DNA of 64,000 nucleotides from Blasia pusilla (taxonomy: Eukaryota). Position numbers and translations under genes: made by a program. The notes beneath the pieces were generated by a model. The model did no database searches. It had not been told where the DNA came from and worked only from the letters and a program-made list of their open reading frames with translations. Positions 44,801 to 58,589 of this stretch are shown one piece after another (position 1 is the stretch's first letter; each line of letters opens with the position of its first letter). The stretch is from assembly GCA_050084515.1 (NCBI GenBank), contig CM114271.1, positions 21,514,001 through 21,578,000 of the forward strand, written 5' to 3'.

Positions 44801-47800
44801 CTCTCACACACTAGATATTGCAAATCTAATGAAGATAACACAATATGGTCATTAGGAAAGAATAATGCGTAAATACTTCTTAGTTATAAAGGTGATTAAA
44901 GTCCAAAAATGAATGTGATATCCTTATATTTCCTAGATTCCCTAATATGGAAATAAGTATCATATAGGTACATAGAATTACCCCTTCAATTCCATATACT
45001 CTTATATTAGAGATTTAGAACAAACTAACATGAAAACATATACAATTAGAAAACCATACACATATAGTATAAACTAGTGAAATAATAGATGATAGTGCAC
45101 ATTCCTATTCTATGTAAATTGAATGTGGGTTGCGTGGGAAATCACGTAGACATACATATTGCTTTATTGATCATTAACATATCCTCTTGCGAGAAGAAAT
45201 CCATTTACCAATTTTTATATTCATTACATACATATATACAATATTCTGCATGCAATGAGGAAAAGAAATAAAAATGTAGAAGAAAAGTAAGTAATCTTGT
45301 GAAGGTATAGAGATCTAAGATTAATTCCCAAAAAAAATTTGCGCGAGTAAAAATATGGTGGAGAAAAAGGAAATTTCACAACTATCGTTAATAAGCATAA
45401 CGTTCATCTTCGGATGTACTGGGGAAAGTATTTGTAAGCTCTTTGTAATAGGTAGTACTCATCCAACATAGAAGTGCTACTCTCAATGGAAAGTCACTAG
45501 ATATAATTGTAACTTAAGTGGAATGATGATGCAATTAGTAGATTGAGAATACACTTATATAGTTATTGTCAGCTTTTCCAATATACATATGTGGAGAGAT
45601 GAATATAACAAATCGGTGTGAAATTAAATCATTAAAACTTAAAAATTTGAGTGTAATATTTTGAATCAATAAATATGGAAAAAAAATGATAATAAAAAAA
45701 ATAATGTCATCATCATTGTATTTCTATATTTATTAAGCAACTAACATCAAATGGTGGGCTATCTCATATTGGGACAGTCTTTCTTAATTAATACATTGAG
45801 GTTATATCCGAAATCTTTAGGACTATTTGAATCTTTCTAGTAACTATTTGATTGGTTCTCACGTGGATATAGCCACCATGTGTCATACTTCTCCACCATT
45901 ATTAAATGACAATTTCTCATTTTATTTCCTACTTGAATAACAAAAGACTACTTATCTCGACAAAATTTTATTTGAGCACAAAGAATATAAATATATAAGA
46001 TGTACAATATGAACTAATGAAGTAAGGAGAACTCAATTTCAAATTTTGGTTTTAATCATGATTCATGTCATAAGCTAAATTCTAGTGTATTACCATATGA
46101 TTTAATAAGTTTTTGGTTTGTGACTACATGAATAATTGAGATGTTTCCAAGTGTGCAACATAAGATAATTAGAGCAAGAAGGTTTAAATTCATTTGGGTA
46201 CGTTCAAATAAATATGCATTGAGGGCTCATACATGCAAGGCATTTACATCCTATTTCCAAAATTTCATGTTATTATTCATAGTCCTAAACTTTCACTGGA
46301 GTCCCTCTTTCTAAAATATTTATAGTAAGAAATTCTAAGATTTAACATCCAAACAAAATAATGTTTCCTTCACTATCATTGCATATGAACCTAAGCCATC
46401 ATCTCCTCATATAAGGAAGATTGCTTGTATAAAATAATTGAATATGAAAATTCTCAAAAAGATAAGAGAGGTCTTATTATTTTATTATAAGTCTTCATTT
46501 GTTTTTGAATATTATACCACATCAAGTAATTAAATCCCTTTATTTAAACTACAATATAGATGAACGATCAAATATCCCACTCATATATAGCCACGTGTAA
46601 ATGACTCACCTTATCTCTTTCCCATAAGATAATATATTTCATTTCATATTTCCTCTTGTAAAAAAAGAAGTTTCACCACTTTTAGAAGAAAGTTTCATTA
46701 CAAAATAATCCCTCCTTCCTCAATTAATATAGGAAAAATATATATGTAATACATGGATGTCTCTGAAATATATTTTAAGATTTTAATGTTCTAGATATTT
46801 AGTTTTTATAATAATCTACATTGTTTTACTCTTATGAAAACACTCCATATAAAAAATATTCCTTATTCTATGAAAGGAAAGATATACCTCATCATTCTTT
46901 CCATGATAAGTAACCTTGCTCTTTTAATTCCACAATAGATGAGACTATAAGGCGTTCCATTCATATATACAACTTATTGACTCATGTTATTTATTTTCCA
47001 TGATAGATAATGCAACATCTCATATTTCCCTTTAAAAAAAGTTTTCTTTCTTGTAGAAGAGATTTTTCTCAGATAATTATCCCGTTCATTCTATTAATTG
47101 TATAGGTAGATGAAATGTTGTGTAGAAGTTATCATATTCTCCATAATAATCCACCCAAAATTAATAAGTATTATTGAATCCTCAAGCCCTTGAATTTTTC
47201 ATTTAAGGGTTTTACTTGTGTATTACTATTCTTCTTATCATACAGTCAAATTTTCCCATGTTAGTTATGTCTTTTTCCTCTTATCTCATGCTTGATTGAG
47301 TTGCCTGTATTTCACACTGGGGATATTACCATCCATGAAGTTGGCAGCAAACCCTTTGACAAAATTTTCTCTTCACACTATTGGTTGCATTCGAACTCTC
47401 CACAGTAGATGAAATTTCTTCGAACCATTCAAAAACATTTGATGTACGCACTATTGGATTCAATTAAACTCTCCACTATGGATTGAAATTCTTACACCCC
47501 TTTTCAATCGAACTACATAGTGTACTTTAAGATACACATATTGAGAGACAAAATAGTAAACTTTAGGAAATAACATGTTTATAATAATTTAACTCTAATT
47601 TTAAATTTTTTCCATTTGGTGAAGGGAATGCTTTATTCTTCATCAATAAATTTTAATCTACCACAAAACATGGTAAGATGATATTATTTTGGGTATTAGG
47701 ATGCCTCAAAAAAACCATTGTTACAAGTAATAAGTCATACTGGGTCTTATATTTGTACCCCATTAATATCAAATAGTGTTTGAATGAGGGAGATAAGTAA

Positions 47801-47911
47801 GATGGAGGTAATGGAGTAGTGGAATTTTGCTAATTTTCCACCTTCACTTGTAGTTAATTCCCTAATGTCCAATTGACCCTTGAGATACGATGCAAGGTCA
47901 AATTATATATT

Positions 47912-48500
47912 ACTAGTAAGGTGTCCATCCATTGCACGGGAAATAAAAAGTGTTTGAAAAACTTTTTCTAGTGTCTAACTTGTGAAGGGAAAAGACTAAT
48001 GATGTTGCACCTAAATTCATTTTTTTTCTGGGTGCTTGTAGCATGTGAAACATTTTCTTGTTGCCCAATTGCCACGTGTTAAACAGAGAGGTGTTTGCAA
48101 ATCAAGAAGCCACGGTCCCATAATAATATAGATTCCTCCCTTCCACTCTTACCACAAGAATAACATTCACTAACTAAATTCTTAGTTAATTTTAATTAAC
48201 GAAATCATTTTCCTTTTCTATTCAAATTTCTTTTCCTTTACCAAAATATCACATGTGAATTAATCAGATTATTTTAAAAATAACTATATTATTCATTTCA
48301 AATTTTAAACATAAATTTTATTCTCCAAAATCTTAGAAGAATAATCACATTTCACTCTTCTAAGTAATTACACTCATCCATTCAAATTTAAATGATATCC
48401 CAATCCCCTTAGTAATTTTACCTTTCCATAAAATTTACTCTTTCTCCACTCAAATTTATTTTCACTTTCCATCAAATATGAATTAAGGCACAAATCATAA
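47912..48500 (-). mobile_element. Helitron-like AT-rich element, related to ~36525-37050 in RSP11 intron 3
   Basis: Both start with actagt plus a decayed gtgc/gcac hairpin (a minus-strand 3' end) and share atcttagaaga...ttctaagtaatt...atttaaatgatatcc. Confidence 0.5.
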
Positions 48501-50592
48501 AATTGTGGTTATTTGTCATAATTATTATAATTTTAAATATTTAAAATCACTAATCATAATATTAATTAAATTCTTAATTGATCAATAAAAAAATTGTATT
48601 CCATATTTCTAATGCCTATCCATTTAATGTGATTAACCAACAAAATTGCCTATATTTTCGTATCCTCTCACTATCTTATCGTATTATGCAAATGGGGTCG
48701 CCAATTATTACATTCCTCTATGGTGACACCCATTTATTGATACGCACCAATTATATCTTAAATTATGAAAAAAAAGGAAAATTATCAAGGGAAGCTCCGC
48801 GCATATACAAGCCTTATGAGCAACTTTCTTGTATTTGTTATTGTTTAATGGTTGATTGTTGATGATTTGGTGGTTAAGTTGCATAATCACTTCTTTTTAA
48901 TAATATAAATATATGAAATTTAATTATTTTAATACTAAAGGAAACTAATGGACACTCATGCTATATATGGGTTTGTTGTAAATATTTTTAATTTAAATTA
49001 TTCATTATGATCCTTACAAATTTACAAGTTTTTTACGTGACCATCTGATCCATCCATCCACGTGTCCATGTTTGATAATTATGTTTTGTCCTTTGTGTTT
49101 CGAGCCCATTGTGGCCTTCAAGTGACTCTTTGAGTCACTTGTTATAAATTCTGGACTAGTGTTTGAAAAAATCAGCGTGCTAGGGAAACACGTATGTTAA
49201 ATCGTTAAATCTATTCCATTAGCTCCTCTTGTTAGTTCTCTCGTCAAACCGTACACACGTAAATTCGGGAGGAATGCAAAAAACATAAGTGTGGACAACT
49301 TAATTCTTCAAACCCCATCCTCTTTTAAATGGATTCTCCATCACCCTAAACGTTTTTCTTTTTAGACAAAAGGTCTCTCAAAGGACCGTGCACATGTAAA
49401 TAATGGGAGGAGGAATGCAAAAAATGTTAGATTCTTCAAATCCAAAAGTTCGAACACCAAAAGGCTTTTATTTTTTTAAAGAAAAGTTCTCCTTGTTTGC
49501 ATGAAAATGTGACGAACGACTAACCCTAGAAATTATAAACTAACCTTGCAATATTATTTACCGAAAAACATTGTGACTAGGACACCATAGTATTCAGGCA
49601 GAGTTGAGAAATCTCCGTGACCGACAACAGAACTCCCGGGAAGTTATTAAGCTTCCAAGGAACTGCCCACACCGTAGTAACGCGTAAGTGGAAGAATAAA
49701 ACGATTTGACGAAGAGGCCGAGAAAAAGCCACAAAACGCGACAACAAGCAAGCATGCCCGCGCGGATGTGGACGGAATCCGCCGGATGTGCCTCTGCGTG
49801 CGAACGAATGGAAGGAAAAAAACGGAGCTGGAAAGCAGCCACCGTTCTCCTTGCGGTGCACGAACGAAGACAGAAAGAAAGCCTCATTCGCTCATAGGAA
49901 ACGGCGCGCTTTTCCCGGAGGAAAGCGAAAGATGAGTCGGCCGTTTCGTGTGCCTTCCTTGCTTTCATGCTGATGCTGATGCTGGTGGCGACGACCGGAG
50001 GGCAGCGCGGTCACCCCACACTCGTCCCACTCGCTCTGGCCACTTTGCCGTTCGCGCACACATGTTTCGGGGAGTGCACCGTGGCTGCGTTCAAATTTAA
50101 AGCGCTCAACGGCTCTCTCTCTCTCTCTCTCGCGTCGGGTGCCTCCGCGCGAGCGAGCGAGCGAGCGATTCGAGGGAGACTCGGAGAGGGAGAGGTCATG
50201 ATTATCATGACGATGCGGGTACGTAGAGGACGCTGGCGATTCCCACGAGAGAGAGACGCACTTCGCTCGCGAGAATAGGCAGAGAGAGAGGGAGGTGCGT
50301 ACGCGGGGGGTACGAAGGGGTGGGGGATGGGCGATGGTTGTTTCGATCCGCGACGACTCCACTCGTCTTCCGACTTCCCACACGGTGCCCCGATCGGCGG
50401 TTGGCAGCGCCAGTCGACCACGACCATCGGGATGTTCCTACGGGGGCGGAGGTACAGACACTGCAATTGCCCGCCGGTTATGGAGTCGTTGCTCGGATTC
50501 GCCGGTTGCGAGGAGCGGAGCTGAGCCGAGCTGAGACGAGACGAGAGCAGGCAGGGGCCGGAAGGGTAGTACCATCATCGTTATTAATAAAT

Positions 50593-53500
50593 ATGGGGTC
50601 GGGGAGCCATAGATCGCCCGGTGCGACGGGAGCGGCCGGGGAGAGGAGAGCAGGGAGCCGTGGGGTGCGGTGGGCGGAGCTGAGCAGCGAATGGAATTTG
50701 GCGAATGGTGGTGTAATGGGAACGAAGGAGAGGAGCATGGTTGTCTCCCTTCATCCTCGCGTGGATTCTTCCACGTCCCCTCGAAGGATCATGAAGGCGG
50801 CAGGAGGAGCAACTGCCGCAGCAGCAGGGGATTCGGGCAATGCCGTGGTGAGGTCCTCACGTCGGGGTCCCACCCGCAACAGTGCGTCCATTTTGGCGAT
50901 GGAGGAGGTGGATGCGGCGGGAAACATTGTCGAAGCGAAGCTCGGGCGGCAGGATGGCTGGAGCTCGCACACCGGTGGCACTGTCAGATCCGTTTCTTCA
51001 AGAGCCGGTACAGGAGAGGCGCCCGATGTGCAAGCTAGTAGCGGCGGTCGGAGTCTAATGGCCGAGGCCCGAGGGAAAAGCCCGAAGCCTTCCCGAGTCG
51101 TCGAATTTGCGGAATTGCAAGATCAAACCAACGCGCAAAGATTGCCTCGTCCAAGGTCGGCGAAAAGCCCGACTCGAAGGATCAGAACGGTGGCCCAGGA
51201 AGCTGCTCCGGACGTACAGGAATCGCGTAGCCAAAGCCGCTTGCGCGAACCGAGATTTCTGCGTGGCCGCGTGGAGAGCCCGAGTCGCACGAGAGCGGAC
51301 GATGACGACCTTCAAGACGTTATGGCCGAGATTATTCACGATCACAGCTTGACGCTGGAGAAAGCTGCCCGCCGGCAGGTCAAAGGCACGAGACAAGCCC
51401 GGATTGATTCGCAGGAGCCTTCGAACGAAAATCCTTCTGGATCGTTTAGAAGCCCGTCGGCAGCTGAGACTCAAGAAGAAATTCAGGCCAAGGCCGCAGC
51501 CCGCCGCGCAAGAACTCGTCGACATAAGCGGAAAACCGATGGTACCAACGATCCTTCGTCCGAGGAGGCTCCCGAGCGGGGTTTGCCCGATGATCGTCCA
51601 TCGACCGGATTGCCCGGCTCTCATCAATCCGCGCCAAGGAAAACGACAGCGCGAGGTTTGTACTGCTCCTCGGGCTCCTGGAACGTTGGGCGAACCACCC
51701 TATCTCGCAGTGATTCTTCGGCTTTAATTTACATTTGTGAGAGTCGAGCTCGTGCGGTATGAATTTTCATTTGTGCGAAGACGGATCTGGAAAGTGTCTT
51801 GTCTGTCTTGGGAAGGTTTACGACTCACGTCTTTTGACAGTTAAGGACCAACCGTGACGCCGTATACCGTTGGTGGTAATTTCCACTCGAGCTTATCTCT
51901 TCTTGCAGTGATGGTCTATTCTCCGGCCCGAAACAGCTCCCAAATTCCTCACCCCATTGCGTTAACGTTACTGCCAGAGGGATCGAGCATTGTGAAAGAT
52001 TCACATCCTGTCTTCTTGCCTTGAAGCCTCACGGTGTGCCGATGACGACTTATTCTGCATTCGTGATTAATTGGTGCCTCTTTTAGTAAAGCGTGCAAGT
52101 CTGATAAGTTGCTGCTCCTCTCGAGCTGATAACAGTGGAGTGGAGAGTCATGTCAACTTAGCTTCGTCTCAGACGACGCGGTTGTTCGAATTTCCGAATT
52201 TATGAAGTCATCAGGAATCACCCTGAGGTCTGTAGGCTGTAGTTATCCGTGAAATCGTAGCACTTCCGGTGATGGTTAAGTATGCGGGTGCCCCTTATCA
52301 TACTTCCAGAACTGCGCATCTCGACCCTGACATACGACTCGACCTTCTCCTTTGTCCTAATTCCGTCCTGTCGTATCTTGCAGAATCGACCTCTGACGCT
52401 AGTACTTGGGCGCAAATGTTTGGTAAGTGCGATCTGCTTAAAGAGCGCACCAATGTACCTTCAGTAGTTTCGTCCGCTCGCACATTGAATGTCCCGCTGA
52501 AGAGCGTATCATTCTGACCTTCAGCTGATTTTGGTGGCTTCAGGGGATGTGCTAATGTGGAGGGACATTCCCAGATCAACGCTATTCTTCGGAGCAGGCC
52601 TTTTCTTTGTTTTGTCTGCATCCTACATGCGAGACACTCGCTTAGGGTGGGTGAACTACACTTTAACTGGTGTACTTGATCGAAAGAATGTTCCTTGATC
52701 AACGCTTTTCTTCGGAGTCGGACTTTCCTTTCTTTTATCTCCATCCTACAAGCCAGACACTCGCTTAGGGTCGGTGATCCTAACTGCAGCACATCTGCGA
52801 AAGAATTCGCGACTCCAAAGGCAGTCCTTCAGATAAAGTAAACCCGCCCTAGTTTCGCAACAGAGCAGTAGGCCTTCTGTGCGCACCTTGTTCTCCTCTG
52901 CAGACCGGTGCAAGCAACATCTGATGATTTGGTCTATGGATGCAGTGCACTGACTTTCACCTCGTACCTCGCCCTCTTGTATCTAGCGGGAGTGTATTGC
53001 CATCGAAATTTCTTAGGCGGGTAAGCATCCAGCCCAGCATGGGGCATGACCAAGCCCACTGTCTGCTGACTTTCCAACGACGAACGCGAACATGTCCCAG
53101 TGAGGTTTCTCTGTCGCATGCTCGTCTGATCGAGTTCTATAGAATTCGAATTAAGATAGTGTTGGAATTAAAGCTCATTTCGCATGATTTTCCGTGCTGT
53201 TTTCAAGGGGAATCGCGGATGCAAGCGGTTTAGATTGGAAATTGAGTGAATCAGAGGCATTCGAACTGATGCGAAGGGCTCTGCCAGCTGTGAATGCGGT
53301 GCTCAGCAAGTGTGGGCAGCTCTTTAGTGGAGATCCTTTCACCACTCTGAAGGTATCCATTTTGCTCAATTAAGCGTAGCAACGTTTCACCTCAGCACTC
53401 AAGATTGCGGGTGCTCTTCGTTTCAATGTGTTCATCGTGGTTTTTGAGAGTGAAAATTTTACTCGTCATCGACTTGTGTCAGGTTGCAACAATGCTGTGG

Positions 53501-54757
53501 TTCCTAGCACAAGCAGGGTACTACTTAAGTATTTGGAGTTTTGCTCGCTTGGGTACACCCTACTATCCTATCACGTCCACCCATGTACATCGCTTCATAT
53601 TCATCTGACTGCCGGCGCTTTTATGCTTCCCTCGATATTCGCTGGATCTTGGCAATAGAAAGAACTTGGGCCAGTTGTTTTATTTCGCTCTTCCTCCTCC
53701 CCATATCCCGGATGATTTTCTCAGTTTCATACTCTGAGAGCTGTGATGAGGGTTTTCCGAGCTGCTAGGTCAGTTTAGAAGTCAGGACGCATGAGTACCA
53801 GGAAGCATAGTGTCAGCAGCTACCAATATGTCGATTCTTCCCGTTTCAGCTTCCAGCTTTTTGTTGAGTGATTATTGCTCTGTTTTTATTGCAGCTTTTA
53901 TTGCTATGTTTTCTGTGCCTAAGCTTGTATCTTCCTACTCGCATCATCTCCAAGGACAAGGTATACTCACTACCGTGATACGGAATCTTGTCAAATGCTG
54001 TGATCCAATTCGATCTCCTTGAAGCTGTGTCGTAGCCTATTGAAATGGGAGTCTAATTCACTTCTGGTTCGCGCGTGTTGATGGCATCATGACGACACAG
54101 CCCATGTCTTAACGGAGCGGTTTTGGAAGTCTTGGGATGCATACGCACACAAAAAAGCGGCTATGGCCGGAGTTTTCATTGTAGCCTGGAATTTGTCTTC
54201 TATGACAGCTCGTCTCTTTGGTGGTAAGCCTCCGGAACTTGTTGATCGTTTTTCCTTTCTCGGAGTCTGGTGCAGAAACGTTTCTCGTATCCGTATTCGT
54301 ACATGGCTCGTGGCTTTGGGAAATTCGCGGGGCACTGAGAAAATCGTTGTGCGGGGAACAGCTTTTGTGATGTTGGTCGCAGTACGAGCCTACTATGGTC
54401 AGTTGGTCGAGCTAGAGGAGGTGCAAGATGACCACAAAACGTTTCCAGCTCGTCAGCACGAGGAGGCACGCGCGCCCATCGTCTCACCATCGCCCGAAAG
54501 AGTGCTTCGTCGTCATCCTCTTTTGAAAGAAGTGAAGGTTTGGCATTTCACCTTCTGATGGCATCACCTGCAGCCTGGGCTGATGCAATTCTTGAAACCA
54601 AGATTATTAGTTCCTGATTTTTGTTGTCTCCTTCTCGCCTCCTGAGATGTGTACCACCGATCGGCCATCTTTAACCATTTTTATTCAGCGGACCACACAG
54701 ACTCATTCTGATGTAGTCTGTGCACCAATTTCTCTGTGCACTGCCCATGCGCTGTGA
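50593..54757 (+). CDS. Reticulon-like protein of the RTNLB17/18/21 type with a long disordered N-terminus; about 10 exons, last exon uncertain
   Basis: Spliced reticulon domain: DVLMWRDIPRSTLFFGAGLFFVLSASY (52544-52646), ALTFTSYLALLYLAG, LPAVNAVLSKCGQLFSGDPFTTLK, FIAMFSVPKLVSSYS, FWKSWDAYAHKKAAMAGVFIVAWNLSSMTARL. First coding exon 50593-51655. Confidence 0.88.
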
Positions 54758-57057
54758 GGGAGCTCGCTGCTCGTACATTCCGCAATTCGTCCACCGAATC
54801 GTCGGCATGATGTTGTTACCTAGAGTCGTCTCTGCAGGCATGGACAGGAAGGGACTGAGCTGCAACTTAGGTTTTTTCATTTCGATACGAGTTGAGCGCA
54901 GAAAGTAATGGACTCTTACAGCCTTCGCGTGTCTGCTCAGATCCAGGACTGATCCTTGGGAGTGTCCGTGATCTTGTGCAGACGGAACCGTCGTAATATG
55001 CCTCCGAAGTGGGATTAAGGGTCTGCACTTCTTTTCATCCAAGAGCGGAGAGACGTGGTGTGAGTGGTGTTGTACCGAGCCATCGTCACCCTGTCATGTG
55101 TGTGCATCCCTGAACAAGGACCCAGAAAAGAATGCATCCCGAGTTGCCCAATGGAGCGGACGGCCTCGGCTGTATAGATGGCGGTGCACAGTTACAGCTT
55201 CCTAAAAGTAGAGAGCGACACAGATGATGACTGCGGAATTGTACAGTACCAATCATTGCGGCGACCGAAATCTTTCTCGAAGGAAAGTAACCCGGCATCC
55301 TGTACCCAGGGTAAATGCGGGGCTTTTGGGACCGTATGTAGCCCCGGCAATTTCTTGCCAGCGACATGAGATTTCCAACTGCGATTGTCAGCTTGTTACT
55401 CATCTCCAGATCTCAGACGGATTTTTCGCCACGCACATTTTTTCACCATGAGAAACCGACTGCGAGCTTAGCGAGTCACTGAACTGTTGGGGTGTATATT
55501 ACATGGCTTCCTCCTCCACCTTGCCACTTGTTTTTACATCACGGTATGATTTGTAGGAGCGGAATGATATATGACCTACATATTTTGTAGGAAAAGGAAA
55601 AGTCTCCATACGCCAGCCACTTAAGAGACAGACATCGTCTATAATTGCAACATGGTTGGCTATGGTTTTGTGGATTATCATTATACGAAAAATATGACCT
55701 TCAATTTTAGGGAATCCCGCAATTCCTTCCTAGATTGTGATCTCCGCTTTCGAGGATTCTCGTCATGCGCCTCAACCTGTCTCAAACGCCGTGTTGAACC
55801 TCGGAGAGTCCGATGAATTCTCGGATTCCTTCTTGTTTAGGTCTTTCTTCATCCGTGTTCCATCTACTGTTGTCCGAATCTTCTACGAGCCCTGCCCTAA
55901 CGGTCGGTCCCCAAAGAGTTTTTCGGCTCAGACGCATAAAATCTTGAGCACCGTGGTCACGGCTCGAGTTAGATTCCAGACGCCCTGGTGTACGGGAATT
56001 GGGCCGGTCTTGTTTCATGAACGAAGCAACTAAATCCCCGCTCCCGAGCGAGATGTGTCACACCACCCCAAAACATCGCATCGGGGTTACCGACGCTTTA
56101 TCATCAGGTAGCGTCTTCGCGTCGCGGATCTCATCAGACAGGCCATGTATCGACTCCGACCACGTATGGTCTTTCGTCTCAGCAAGCGCTTGTTGGCACG
56201 AGAAGAGGAGCCCAGGAGAAGCTCTGCAAAGCTCGCGGTAACGCAAGGAGGTACATGTATGCAGTCAATGGAACAAAGGTGTTGTCGTTCACACACTCGG
56301 CATCCAGCGCCTCGGCGGGTGCAGTGGAGGGTTTGTGGAGCGCTCGGGAGCGGGGAGATACAGCCGGCGCTGCGGAGAGCGGAGGAAATATCGGGCCACA
56401 CCGGTAGGATAAACCGGGGAAAGGACGAGCTCATGGAACCCGAACCCTACCTACCTGAACGGGAAACGACACAAGTGGATAGGCACAGTAGCAGATCCAG
56501 CGGCACGAGAATTCGGCAGTCAGTCAACGTAGCTTATCTTGTTCGCAACCGAGCTCTCCGACGGAGTCCCGGAGGCTGACCGAATGGCGCAGCACGGACG
56601 GAACGAACGACCGAAAGAATCTCGGGCTGGGGGGCGTGAATCTGGACTCTCGCTGCGCTTACGTCACAGAGAGTGAGACGATTGTTTGCTGGTTTCTTTG
56701 TGCTCGACCGCTCTGCCGTGCCCGCTGCGGTGGGATCGCTTGCGGGCTTCTTGTCCTCCGCGTCCTCTTGGTCCTTGCGTTTTCGTCGCGCAGGAGCGAG
56801 GAGCAGGCAGGAAACCAGGAGGGAGAGCACGCGCCTGGAGTAGGACGGACGAGAAGCGAATGACTTCGAGGGAACCGAAGATCTGGAGCGCGCATGTCTT
56901 TGACTCCGAGCAACTCGATTCCGCATTGAATTGGAGGCGCGAGAGAGAGACGGGGCCTTGGAGATAGGTGGGAGAGGGAGAAAGAAAGAGCAGATGTAGT
57001 TTGTGCAACAATTTCTCCAAGGGAAAGAGAGAGAGAGGAGGAGGAGCAGGAGAGGGC

Positions 57058-57162
57058 ATGGGGAGCAGGGGCGCAGCGAGCGCCTTCGTGGAGAAGGTGG
57101 TGCTGTGGGTGTCGCAGGAGAAAGAGGAAGTTGGAGAAGCGGCGGGAGAGAGGGGTGAGTGA
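57058..57162 (+). promoter_or_regulatory. Candidate upstream ORF (34 aa) in the SLT1/FYD-like leader
   Basis: ATG in ggcATGG context. Encodes MGSRGAASAFVEKVVLWVSQEKEEVGEAAGERGE* and ends 35 nt before the main ATG. Confidence 0.55.
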
Positions 57163-57197
57163 TCGATCGAGCGGTTACATGCTGGGAGACTGCGGCC

Positions 57198-58589
57198 ATG
57201 GAAAGTCCATCCACTCTGTTGTGCATGGACACGGCCTGTCCACCAGATATCAACCTGCCTCTGGCGGCCGATGCCTGGGCCACCGCCGGGAAGGACGATG
57301 GTGATTGCGGAAGCTTGCTCGCTGCGTCCACAAAGGGAAGACGGTGGGTTCGCCGTGGGGATTCCATCTGGGGTGCCTGGTTTTTCTTCACTCATTACTT
57401 CCGGGCTGCGTTGAGTGATACGAGTCGAAGTCGAGTCGGAGGAGATGGCCTCACCTCGGGGAAATTGGATTTGCGCCTGGACCTTTTCCTCGTTCAGCAC
57501 GACATGGAAAACATGTACATGTGGGCTTTCAAGGAGCGGCCAGAAAATGCTCTTGGAAAGATGCAGCTTCGCAGCTACATGAACGGGCATACGCGTTTCG
57601 GGGAGCCCCAGTTTCCATTCAGTGCCGATAAAGGGTTTACTCGCTCTCATCGCATGCAGCGGAAGCAGTACCGTGGGCTCTCCAATCCCCAGTGCGTCCA
57701 CGGGATAGAGGTGGTTAGGTCTCCGAGCTTCGCAAATGTGACCGATGAAGACCGGAAGCGCTGGACGGAGCTCACGGGCCGAGATTTGAACTTCTCCATT
57801 CCTCCGGATGCCGAGGCGTTCTCTCTGTGGAGGAACATGGCAGGCCCGGAATTCGATTTCGAAAGGTCCGGTGCATCCTCTCCAAGCAAGGCCATGAATG
57901 GCTCTGCCAAGAAGCATTCCTCTCGGCAGAGTCAGAAGTTGAACGGATCGACGCTCAATCTGTCCGGCAAGATGCCTGATGAAGTCGGTGTAGGTAGCGA
58001 GCTCGGTCTATGCGCCGGGAGCAAGAAGAAGAGGAAAGCGTTGCTCCCTGATGAGAACGAGGTGGAATCATGCGTTCCTGTCGTAAGCTATGGCGGGGCA
58101 CCGAGCTTGGATAATCAATCGGGGGGGCCGCCTTGCTGGTTGTCAAGCTTTTCGGGGGTGATGACGGAGGTGTGCGGTCCGGTAACCGGAGCCAAAACAG
58201 TCTATGAAGACGAAAAAGGATACTTGATTTTTGTCAGCTTGCCATTTACAGATTTGCAGCGTTTGAGGGTCTCATGGCGCAATACGGCCACTCATGGCAT
58301 TATCAAAATCCACGGCAGAAGTACGGGCTGCGTACCTTTCATCACCAGGGGAGAGAGGACGTTCAAGCTCACCGATCCCAACCCGGAGCACTGCCCCCCC
58401 GGAGATTTTGTGCGAGAGATCGGCCTCTCTACCCGGATACCGGAGAACGCGGATCTTACGGCTGTCTATGCGGAGGCGTGTGCCGGATTGGAGATTATGG
58501 TTCCCAAGCACCATGTTTTTTCCGAAGAAAGAGAAGTGCGTGTGTTCTTGTCTCCTCAATTGGGAGACAGTGATACCGTGCTCTCGTGA
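57198..58589 (+). CDS. SLT1: SLT1/FYD-family protein with C-terminal HSP20-like (alpha-crystallin) domain, single coding exon
   Basis: Family signature DSIWGAWFFF...VQHDMENMYMWAFKERPENALGKMQLRSYMNGH, plus GPVTGAKTVYEDE and PEHCPPGDFVREI. Confidence 0.9.
   Translation: MESPSTLLCMDTACPPDINLPLAADAWATAGKDDGDCGSLLAASTKGRRWVRRGDSIWGAWFFFTHYFRAALSDTSRSRVGGDGLTSGKLDLRLDLFLVQHDMENMYMWAFKERPENALGKMQLRSYMNGHTRFGEPQFPFSADKGFTRSHRMQRKQYRGLSNPQCVHGIEVVRSPSFANVTDEDRKRWTELTGRDLNFSIPPDAEAFSLWRNMAGPEFDFERSGASSPSKAMNGSAKKHSSRQSQKLNGSTLNLSGKMPDEVGVGSELGLCAGSKKKRKALLPDENEVESCVPVVSYGGAPSLDNQSGGPPCWLSSFSGVMTEVCGPVTGAKTVYEDEKGYLIFVSLPFTDLQRLRVSWRNTATHGIIKIHGRSTGCVPFITRGERTFKLTDPNPEHCPPGDFVREIGLSTRIPENADLTAVYAEACAGLEIMVPKHHVFSEEREVRVFLSPQLGDSDTVLS

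Noticed and set aside
49577-50590. Cluster of overlapping ORFs upstream of the reticulon ATG
   Set aside because: GC-rich promoter and leader with microsatellites. The in-frame extension from 50320 has a non-ATG start and no support.
56534-57917. Long minus-strand ORFs (285 and 417 aa)
   Set aside because: They are antisense to the SLT1-like CDS and its GC/GA-rich leader, with no recognisable domain.
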